64,000 nucleotides of DNA. Source: Planctomycetota bacterium. Lineage in GTDB: Bacteria > Planctomycetota > MHYJ01 > WSZJ01. Made by a program: the position numbers and the translations under genes. The notes below the pieces were generated by a model. The model made no database searches. It saw only the letters and a list, made by a program, of their open reading frames with translations, and was not told where the DNA came from. Shown one piece after another: positions 56,568 through 64,000 of this stretch. Every line of letters begins with the position of its first letter. Position 1 is the first letter of the stretch. Location: contig JBBTCT010000011.1 in NCBI GenBank assembly GCA_038060895.1, positions 57,919-121,918 of the forward strand. The letters run 5' to 3'.

Positions 56568-56631
56568 CCGCAGTTCTTGAGGCAGGCAGAGGCAGGCAGA
56601 GGCGGCGTTCCGAAGAACAGTGAGGTCTCAA

Positions 56632-57093
56632 ATGGTGCCTGGTGTGCGGTGCTGGATTCTCACGCTGATGGTCGCCGCGGCCGGATGCAGCGGAAAGCAG
56701 GAGCTCCAATACACTGATTGCGGAGGCTCGCGTTACAGCGACCCATGCGGCGCCGTCATCGCCTTCCGAACCGGCGCGCCGGCCGGTGAGTCCGTGAGCG
56801 GGCTGTCAAAACAGGGCCCCGCCGCCATCCCGATTCTGATCTACCTGATGACAGGCGAATCCACACAAACAGCCATCGCAGCCGCCGAAGAGATCGCAAA
56901 ACTCGGCGCAGAATCCGTCCCGGCGCTCACGGCGCTTCTCAAGTCAAAAGCCCCCCATCGAGGCTGGGCCGCGTGGGCGCTCGGCGAGATCGGACCTCCA
57001 GCGCGGGACGCCCGTGAGGCGCTCCAATCGGCCGAGTCGGACCCGGCACTGCGCGTCGCAGCCGGAGAGGCTCTTCGAAAGATCGGCGAATAA
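56632..57093 (+). CDS. HEAT-repeat lipoprotein H3 (array unit 3)
   Basis: AAGC lipobox-like motif; paralog of H1/H2 with an extra Cys pair; TAATG coupling to the next gene. Confidence 0.78.
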   Translation: MVPGVRCWILTLMVAAAGCSGKQELQYTDCGGSRYSDPCGAVIAFRTGAPAGESVSGLSKQGPAAIPILIYLMTGESTQTAIAAAEEIAKLGAESVPALTALLKSKAPHRGWAAWALGEIGPPARDAREALQSAESDPALRVAAGEALRKIGE

Positions 57094-58532
57094 TGAAAAG
57101 AGGCAAGATGAATACGAAAGCATGGCTGGCGGGCGCAGCGGCGGTTGCGGCGCTCGGGACCGGCGCGATCGTCGCAGCCCGCTTCCCCGCCCCGAAAGCG
57201 GACGCGGCCTGCTGCTACTTCGCGGCGCAGGAGAAGGACATCAACCAGCCGGGACAGAAGGCGTTCATCGCGTGGGACGAGGAGAAGAAGGTCGAAGCGT
57301 TCACCGTGCAGCCGAAATTCGAGGGGAACGCGGTCGACTTCGGGATGGTCATTCCCACGCCCTCGCAGCCCAAGCTCGACGAAATGCCGCGCGACTTCTT
57401 CAAGGATCTCGCGATCTACTCGATCCTCATGCCCCTTCCCGAGGCGATCTGGGACGTCGGCGACCGGCGGATGTTGTCAAAGAGGAGAGGCGGGGCGCCG
57501 GGAGGCACGGTCCAGGAAGGAGCCTCGGACGACAAAAGCCACGGCGTGAAGGTGCTCGAGGCCGGCGTCGTGGGCTCGCTCGACTACAAGATCATCGTCG
57601 CGGAGCAGGCGAACGGCCTGTTCGACTGGCTGAAGGAGAACCAGTACGTCTACTCCGGGGACCAGGGAACGCTGGACTTCTACATCAAGAAGAAGTGGTT
57701 CTTCACGGTGATGAAGATCGACCCGAAGCAGATGAAGAAGGGCGCCAAGGGCGAGTACTCAGGTGAAGTCACGCCGACGCGCTTCACGTTCGCAAGCGAG
57801 AAGTGCGTCTACCCGCTGAGGATCACGGCACTGTCGGTCAAGGACCAGACAGACGCGCTCTTCTACGTGCAGGCCGCGAAGCAGATGGACCTCGAGGGCG
57901 ACCTGTCGTGGATGCACTCGTACCGTGTCATGTTCCTGACCTACATGCTGGGTTGCTCGGTGAATGCCGACCAGCAGGCCGAATTGCAGCAGCGGAACGA
58001 GTGGGTCGCGAAGAAAAAGGGCGGAGATCCGAAATACGAGACGACGAAGCTCGAGTGGGCGAAAAAGCTCGGCGACGGCGAGGTCTCCGTCCTCGACGAC
58101 CCGCTCAAGAATTACGCGCAGGGCGGGCTGGGCGCGCTTCCCCCCGGCGACCTCGTCCTCTCATTTGAAGAATTCGCAAAGGAAGCGAAGGCGAGCGCCA
58201 TCAAGGACGGCCGAACCGAGGAGCAGGCCGCGCAGCTGGTCAAGCAGCTCGAGCAGCGCTACATGGCCACGAAGGGCGTGATCGTGAAAGTGAAGGACCC
58301 GTCGAAGTCGTTCAACGGGAGCGAATACGAGTGGTACGCGAACCGCGAGGCGCCGGCCGAGGACGTGAAGGGGCTGTCGCGGCTGAAAGGGCACCTGCAG
58401 AAGGGCCAGTGGCTGACCAAGTTCCGCAAAATCCTGCGGAAGGACGAAATGACGGACGACCTTGTGCTGGTCGCGGTCCCGGCGGGCAAGGAAGAAGAGT
58501 ACGTGAGGATCATGCCGACCTCGCCCCCCTAA
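57093..58532 (+). CDS. Secreted DUF2330-like protein A3
   Basis: WLAG type-A signal peptide; start may be 57108. Confidence 0.85.
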   Translation: MKRGKMNTKAWLAGAAAVAALGTGAIVAARFPAPKADAACCYFAAQEKDINQPGQKAFIAWDEEKKVEAFTVQPKFEGNAVDFGMVIPTPSQPKLDEMPRDFFKDLAIYSILMPLPEAIWDVGDRRMLSKRRGGAPGGTVQEGASDDKSHGVKVLEAGVVGSLDYKIIVAEQANGLFDWLKENQYVYSGDQGTLDFYIKKKWFFTVMKIDPKQMKKGAKGEYSGEVTPTRFTFASEKCVYPLRITALSVKDQTDALFYVQAAKQMDLEGDLSWMHSYRVMFLTYMLGCSVNADQQAELQQRNEWVAKKKGGDPKYETTKLEWAKKLGDGEVSVLDDPLKNYAQGGLGALPPGDLVLSFEEFAKEAKASAIKDGRTEEQAAQLVKQLEQRYMATKGVIVKVKDPSKSFNGSEYEWYANREAPAEDVKGLSRLKGHLQKGQWLTKFRKILRKDEMTDDLVLVAVPAGKEEEYVRIMPTSPP

Positions 58533-58690
58533 CGAAAGGCCGTCCGTGGACTTCCCTGAGTCAAATACATGACGGGCGACGATCGCAAGTGCTCGACCTG
58601 CGAAGCCGCAAGACTCTCGCCGCAGAGAGCAACGGGATGAAAGACATGGTCGAAAGAACGCCTAACCTGAGGGCCATTCGGATGACTGCC

Positions 58691-60604
58691 ATGCGTATTC
58701 ACAAAGGATTCGCCTGCCTCACGGGCGCCGCCTGCATCTGGGCGCTCGCTTCCCTGTCGTCGTTCTCGGACGACCTCGTTCCCTCGCCGGAAAGGCCCGG
58801 AAACTCGAATGACGACCCGATCAGGAAACCGAAGGACCTTTCGGGGAGGTCAATCAAGTGCCCGCGCGTGAGGGCGGTCAGCGCGGGGTGGGACGGCGAG
58901 GAAGGCACGACCGGGTGGCTCTTCAAGAATGACCCCTGGATGGCGTACCAGCGCGGGCGTGAGGAGTTCATCCGCGAGTTCAGCGTGGCGGACGGGGCGT
59001 TCGGAGAGGCGGGGAAGATGGCGGGGCTGGTGCTGGAGGACCAGGCTTCGAAGATCATGACGCGCGACCACGTTGCGTCCTGCACGATGTGCCACAACGT
59101 GCCGTTCCGCGACGGCGGCGCGGGAGTGACGTTCTTCAAGAACGGCGGTACCGGGCGGAACACGACGCACACGTTCGGGTCGGGTTTGCAGGAGACGCTG
59201 GGCTGGCAGCTCCGGCTCAAGATCCTGGAGAAGGGCGACCTGAACCGGGACGGGTGGATCGCGAACGGCGAAGCGGACCGGGTGCGCGCCGTCGTCGAGA
59301 ACCTGCCGGGCGGGGTTGAAGGCGAGCATGTCAGCGTGGACTTCGGCGCATTCGGCGACCTGGACAAGAACGGCAAACCGGACATCAACCCGATCTGCCT
59401 CATCCACTATGTGGACAGGGACGGCAAACGGATTTCGTGGGCGCGAAACCTGACCGACGACGGCGTCGCGGGGTACACGATCGAATTCCAGATCTTCGGC
59501 TGGGGCCACCGCAAGGGCGCGGTCGCCTCAACGCTTCGCGCCTTCTCGGCAAATGCGTACGACATGCACACCGGGCTGCAGGCCTACGACCCGATTCTCT
59601 CCGAAGAGCCGAACAATGACGGCCTCGCGGGGGTTTCGGTCCCCGGGATGCCCCAGTTCATCAGCGGCCGTACCCGGGATCGCGGAGTCGTCAAGGACGC
59701 TCGCGGAATCTCGAAGGAAGACCCGGACCGCGACGGCACGCTCGAGGAAATCACTTCGGGCGACCTCGACCTGATCGAGTGGTTCCAGATGAACCACCCC
59801 TCCCCCGCCGAGAAGATCCGGACCGCACTTCGCGAAAAGGGGCGAAAGCTCATGACGTCCATCGGCTGCACCTCCTGCCACGTTCCCGACTGGCATCTCG
59901 AAGCGGGCGACGATGGGAACAAGGACTACACGAAGAGGTATCTCGGCGACCGGCGGTTTTTCGACCTGAAAGTCGCGGCGAACGCGCGGAGCGGACGCCT
60001 CGAAGGCTGCGTCGAGAAGCGGGACCCGCTCAAGCGGGAGTCGTTCACCATCCGCGGCGTCTACTCCGACTTCGCCCATCACGACGTCGGGCCCGCTTTC
60101 CACCAGATGCAGTTCGACGGCTCGATCCTCAAGAAATTCCGCACGGCCCCGCTCTGGGGAGTCGGATCGAGCGCGCCGTACGGACATGATGGCGCTTCCC
60201 TCGACCTCGACGAATCGATCCGCAGGCACGGAGGCGAGGCCGACGCCTCGTCGAAAGCCTACGCGTCCCTGACCGAGGACGACCGGGAAGCCATCCTCGC
60301 CTTCCTCCGCGGGCTCGTCCTCTTCTCCTGCGACGACCTTCCCTGCGACGTCGACGGCGACGGAAAGATCGCCGACAACTTCATCGTCGCCGGCCAGGAC
60401 ACGGGCCCCGAACGCCTCAACCCCGAGTGGCTCTTCCGCATCCCCGGCCGGATCGAGGGCATGGTCGTGAATCCGGACGGCGTCAAGGTGAAGTCGCTCG
60501 CGCTCACGAATCTCGAGGACGCGTACGGCGGAAAGCTGAAGTGGCTGCGGGACGACGACCGGGACGGCTTCCCCGACGCGAGATTCGAGGCCACGCCACG
60601 GTAG
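58691..60604 (+). CDS. Secreted di-heme oxidoreductase-family protein (DHOR/DUF1111-like) with DxDxDG Ca-binding loops
   Basis: CTMCH, RNTTHTFGSGL, GCTSCH, YSDFAHHDVG, FRTAPLWGVG...YGHDG...IRRHGGEA; start 58682 or 58691. Confidence 0.85.
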   Translation: MRIHKGFACLTGAACIWALASLSSFSDDLVPSPERPGNSNDDPIRKPKDLSGRSIKCPRVRAVSAGWDGEEGTTGWLFKNDPWMAYQRGREEFIREFSVADGAFGEAGKMAGLVLEDQASKIMTRDHVASCTMCHNVPFRDGGAGVTFFKNGGTGRNTTHTFGSGLQETLGWQLRLKILEKGDLNRDGWIANGEADRVRAVVENLPGGVEGEHVSVDFGAFGDLDKNGKPDINPICLIHYVDRDGKRISWARNLTDDGVAGYTIEFQIFGWGHRKGAVASTLRAFSANAYDMHTGLQAYDPILSEEPNNDGLAGVSVPGMPQFISGRTRDRGVVKDARGISKEDPDRDGTLEEITSGDLDLIEWFQMNHPSPAEKIRTALREKGRKLMTSIGCTSCHVPDWHLEAGDDGNKDYTKRYLGDRRFFDLKVAANARSGRLEGCVEKRDPLKRESFTIRGVYSDFAHHDVGPAFHQMQFDGSILKKFRTAPLWGVGSSAPYGHDGASLDLDESIRRHGGEADASSKAYASLTEDDREAILAFLRGLVLFSCDDLPCDVDGDGKIADNFIVAGQDTGPERLNPEWLFRIPGRIEGMVVNPDGVKVKSLALTNLEDAYGGKLKWLRDDDRDGFPDARFEATPR

Positions 60605-60680
60605 TTCCGCCCCACCGCTCCGCTTGCACGCACGCCAGGAGTCTGTTGTCATCAAGGCCTCTCCCTTGCCCCGAGGTCCC

Positions 60681-61526
60681 ATGCACCGCTTCGCCTTCCT
60701 CCTGCTCCTGGCCATTCCCGCTTCCGCCCAGGAACCCGTCGAGCTGAAGCTCAAGTTCACGAAGGGCCAGACCTGGAAGATGGAGCTGTCCGCGGACATG
60801 AGCGGGTCCGGGGGAGACGCGACGAAGGAAGCGGGGGTGGGGCGGCCGCTCGTGAAGAGCGGCTGGTCGCTGAAGGAAGCGTGGACGGACCTTTGCGAAG
60901 CGGACGCGGAAGGGCAGCCGACCGCGGTGAAGCGGACCTGGACGTCGGCGAAGGTCTCGCTGGCCCGCCAGGGGGGAGAAGCGGCCGGGCAGGAAGGAGC
61001 GGTCGCGAAACTGGAGGCGAAGCCCAAAGAGGCGGCGTGCGTGGTGACCGTGGCAAAGGGAAAGCTGCCGGCGCCGGTCGAGGACATGCTTGCGAAAGGA
61101 CCGATCGAGGCGCTGACGCTCCTTCTTCCTGCCGGGCCGATGAAGCCCAACGAAGAATGGAAGATCGCCAAGGCGCAAATCTGCCAGTTTCATAGGCTGA
61201 TGGCCGCCGGTCTCGTCGGCGGCCTCTTCACGTCCAACATGGACGGGCTCCTGAAGGACATGAAAAACGGAGGAGCGACGGGGCACGGCTGCGAGGTCTC
61301 AGCGAAGATCACGGAGGTCACGAAGACGGATGCGACGATTGAATTCGCGGGACTGGTGGCAGACGGGAGCGGCAAGGTCGAGATCAAGGGGACGCTCAAG
61401 TGGGTCGTGACGAAAGGGCGGCCGTCGGAGCTTTCCTGGTCGGCGATGCGCGAAGTGATGGCGAACGACGAGCTGGGCACGAAGACGTGGAAAGAGGAAT
61501 GGAAGTTCACCAAGAGCTGGAAATGA
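60681..61526 (+). CDS. Secreted beta-rich hypothetical protein
   Basis: Signal peptide + ELKLKFTKGQ; LPAGPMKPNEEW (DUF6263-like pattern). Confidence 0.7.
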   Translation: MHRFAFLLLLAIPASAQEPVELKLKFTKGQTWKMELSADMSGSGGDATKEAGVGRPLVKSGWSLKEAWTDLCEADAEGQPTAVKRTWTSAKVSLARQGGEAAGQEGAVAKLEAKPKEAACVVTVAKGKLPAPVEDMLAKGPIEALTLLLPAGPMKPNEEWKIAKAQICQFHRLMAAGLVGGLFTSNMDGLLKDMKNGGATGHGCEVSAKITEVTKTDATIEFAGLVADGSGKVEIKGTLKWVVTKGRPSELSWSAMREVMANDELGTKTWKEEWKFTKSWK

Positions 61527-62437
61527 CCCTGCGAAGCTGCCTGCTGATTCTGCTGACATGCGGTGCGGCGGCGCGCGCCGAAGAGGCGGTGCGCCTGGGC
61601 GTCGCGTGGAAGATGGACAAGATGGTGGAGGTGCAGCAGACGGTCGAGTTCCGGAGCGAGGGGCTCGACAAGGATGGGAAGGCCCTTGGAACGGGAAGCG
61701 GACGGACGGAGTTCACGCTGGACGAGATCTGGACGGAATTCTGCGAGCAGAAGGCCGAGCCGATCGGGAAACCGGCGGTGCGCAGACGATTCGTTACGTC
61801 GCGCCTGGCGATCGGCAAGGATCCACCGCAGGCGACGCGGACAGAGGGGTCCGAGGTGCTCACCGAGCTGACGTTCAGCCCCACCTCGACCACGATCGTG
61901 CGGGGAAACGCGAGCGATTCGACGCTGGCGGTCCTGGGTCGCGGCGGCTGGGAACCTGCCACGACGATGCTGCCGAAGATCGCTGTGAAGCCGGGCACGC
62001 AGATCCGCGACCTCGATGCGGGGCCGTTCCTGCGGGTTTCACTCGCATCCCTGTGCGGCGCGCTGGGCCCGACGCCAGAGAAGATTGCCGGGACTTACGG
62101 CAAAACCCTTGCCCAGGGCGCCCTGCCCTGCTGGCAGGCGCAGGGCAACGGTGAGGTGAAGCTGGACGGAAATATCGCGACGCTGACGATCACCGGGAAG
62201 GACGCCGTCGACGACCACACTCCGCCGACCGCCATCCGCGGCCGCGCACGGGGAACGTACGAGGTGAAGGGACGCTTCGTGCTGAACTACAAGACGAGCG
62301 TGGCGATCTCCATCGAGATCGAGGTCAACCAGACGATCGAGTTCTCGCCGTTGCTTGCCGCCGCACCGACGGGAAGCCAGGCTGCGAAGTTCCGGGAGTC
62401 GATGAAGGTTGTCCGGCGGTACGGCGAGGCCAAGTAG
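61523..62437 (+). CDS. Secreted beta-rich hypothetical protein, distant paralog of the previous gene
   Basis: ATGA overlap; shared L.E.WT..CE, AV.R....S and LP....KP segments. Confidence 0.7.
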   Translation: MTLRSCLLILLTCGAAARAEEAVRLGVAWKMDKMVEVQQTVEFRSEGLDKDGKALGTGSGRTEFTLDEIWTEFCEQKAEPIGKPAVRRRFVTSRLAIGKDPPQATRTEGSEVLTELTFSPTSTTIVRGNASDSTLAVLGRGGWEPATTMLPKIAVKPGTQIRDLDAGPFLRVSLASLCGALGPTPEKIAGTYGKTLAQGALPCWQAQGNGEVKLDGNIATLTITGKDAVDDHTPPTAIRGRARGTYEVKGRFVLNYKTSVAISIEIEVNQTIEFSPLLAAAPTGSQAAKFRESMKVVRRYGEAK

Positions 62438-62450
62438 AGCGCGCTCCCGT

Positions 62451-63323
62451 ATGATGTCTTCGGTGAAGGAAATCCGCGCTGTCCCGCCCGTTCCCTCGCG
62501 ACGTCCAGACGCCCACAAGGGCGACTTTGGCCGGGCGCTGATCGTGGGCGGAAGCGTCGGCATGTCGGGGGCGCCGATGCTCGCGGCCGCTGCGGCTCTT
62601 CGAAGCGGCGCCGGGCTCGTGGAGCTGGCCGTGCCGTGGAGCGTTTACCTGCCGGCGGCGTCTGCGTTGCCCGCGGCGCTGGTCAGGCCGCTGACCGAGA
62701 CTCCGGAAGGGACTCTGGATGCCACCGCCGACGAGATGCGCTCCATCATTGAGCCGGCGACTGCCGTGGCGATCGGGCCGGGGATGGGGAGGACGGCCGG
62801 GGCCGTCCGGACGCTGCGCCTCGTCATCGACTCGGCAAAGGGGCCCGTCGTGTACGACGCGGATGCGCTGAACGTTCTCGCCGCGAAGGCGCTGGACATG
62901 AAGAAGCTGCGGCGCGACGCCGTCTTTACGCCGCATCCGGGAGAAATGGCACGACTCACGGGAAGGACGCGCGAAGACATCCAGGCGGACCGGAGCGGCG
63001 CGGCGGCGGCCTTCGCGAAGGAACACAGCGTGATCCTGGTTCTCAAGGGAGCGCAGACGATCGTGACCGACGGCGAGCGCATCTTCACGAATTCGACCGG
63101 GTCCCACGGTCTCGCCCGCGGTGGCACGGGCGACGTCCTTGCGGGCGTTGCCGCAGCTCTCCTCGCGCAGAAAATGGACCCTTTCGACGCCGCAGTCCTC
63201 GCTGTCCATGCTCACGGACTGGCCGGCGACCTTGCGCAGGAACGTCTCGGCGCGATGGGAATGACTGCCGCCGATGTGGTCGAATCGCTTCCCCATGCCT
63301 GGAAGCGGCTGGAGCGCCTTTGA
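62451..63323 (+). CDS. nnrD: ADP/ATP-dependent NAD(P)H-hydrate dehydratase (YjeF C-domain only)
   Basis: HKGDFG, GMSGA, IGPGMG, DADAL, TPHPGEMARL, LKGAQT, GGTGDVLAG. Confidence 0.92.
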   Translation: MMSSVKEIRAVPPVPSRRPDAHKGDFGRALIVGGSVGMSGAPMLAAAAALRSGAGLVELAVPWSVYLPAASALPAALVRPLTETPEGTLDATADEMRSIIEPATAVAIGPGMGRTAGAVRTLRLVIDSAKGPVVYDADALNVLAAKALDMKKLRRDAVFTPHPGEMARLTGRTREDIQADRSGAAAAFAKEHSVILVLKGAQTIVTDGERIFTNSTGSHGLARGGTGDVLAGVAAALLAQKMDPFDAAVLAVHAHGLAGDLAQERLGAMGMTAADVVESLPHAWKRLERL

Positions 63324-64000
63324 ACCGCTTCACGCTACCGATGTTTTTATTTGCGGCACTCGCCACTTCGGCCGAGACCCCCGATGACCCTGCCGTCGCT
63401 TCCCGCATCGACGAGCTGCGCTCCGACGACGCGGGACGCCGGCGCTCCGCGGTCGCCGCGCTCGCCCGCATCGGCGATCCGGCCGTCACTTCACTCCGGG
63501 ACGTCCTCGCCGACGGGGAGTGGGAGACGCGACGTGAAGCGGCCCGGGCGCTGGCGGCGATCGGGAGCGAGGCCGCGCAGCCTTCGCTTGTGACGGCGAT
63601 GGCGGACCTGAACTGGGCGGTGCGCGAAGCCGCGGCGCGCGGACTGCGAAAAGGCGCGGCGCTGGATGCCGCGACGCGCGATTCGATCTGGCGCGTCAGG
63701 GCCGCAGCCTGCGAAGCGGCGGCGAAGCGTGACCCCTCGGCCGTGCGGAGGCTCGTAACGGATTCCGTGCCGGAGATCCGCCGCGCCGCGGCCGTCGCAA
63801 TCGCGGCCACCGGCAGCCCCGAATACCGCTCCGAAATGCGCGCCATGCTCGCCTACCACGACACAGCCGACCTCGGCCTCGAACTCTTCGCGAAAATCGG
63901 CGGCCGCGACGATGCCGCCTCGGTCCGCGGACTCTTCGATTCCCCCGACGCCGCCCTCGGCGCCCGCGCGCTCCGCGCCGCTTTCGTGGCCGGCCTCGCC
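63320..64000 (+). CDS. Secreted HEAT-repeat protein, truncated by window end
   Basis: TTGA overlap; translates (M)NRFTLPMFLFAALATSAETPDD...RRSAVAALARIGDPAV...WETRREAARALAAIG...WAVREAAARGL; absent from the ORF track because there is no stop in the window. Confidence 0.75.
   Translation, partial: MNRFTLPMFLFAALATSAETPDDPAVASRIDELRSDDAGRRRSAVAALARIGDPAVTSLRDVLADGEWETRREAARALAAIGSEAAQPSLVTAMADLNWAVREAAARGLRKGAALDAATRDSIWRVRAAACEAAAKRDPSAVRRLVTDSVPEIRRAAAVAIAATGSPEYRSEMRAMLAYHDTADLGLELFAKIGGRDDAASVRGLFDSPDAALGARALRAAFVAGLA

Noticed and set aside
49501-58532. Array as an integron cassette array or DGR target
   Set aside because: No attC sites recognised, no IntI (the recombinase in the window is a typical XerD 42 kb away), no reverse transcriptase, and the variable loops differ by wholesale replacement and indels rather than adenine-only changes
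58331-58690. N-terminal 120-aa extension of the di-heme ORF overlapping A3
   Set aside because: Out-of-frame overlap with A3; the signal peptide begins at 58682/58691

Overview
High-GC bacterial DNA, most likely from a Planctomycetota-like organism (inferred from the many exported HEAT-repeat proteins, a DUF1570-type peptidase, a Zn-ribbon Ser/Thr kinase and a CxxCH/FG-GAP protein). About 60 CDSs are supportable, and I found no rRNA, tRNA, CRISPR array or transposase. Housekeeping genes include lipB, a SurA-like PPIase, xerD, truA, an EF-G paralog, an MdlA/B-type ABC exporter pair, smc, mutL, two thiolases, two crotonases, two cyclophilins, nnrD and a VapBC pair. The stand-out locus is an ~11 kb plus-strand array at 49.5-60.6 kb. 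It is a ~3.5 kb unit [HEAT lipoprotein, DUF2330-like type A, DUF2330-like type B] repeated 2 2/3 times. This gives five secreted paralogs with invariant termini (A-CCYFAAQEKDINQPGQK ... RIMPTSPP) and two hypervariable segments, followed by a secreted di-heme (2x CxxCH) enzyme. Other notable items are a sigma54-type promoter driving a 74-aa Gly/Asp-rich secreted peptide, a 25-bp dyad motif in four promoter regions, a triplet of HEAT paralogs facing an HExxH peptidase, an SMC hinge insertion, a probable CTG start for lipB, and several REP/MITE-like repeat families. Family names come from motif recognition only; no database search was run.
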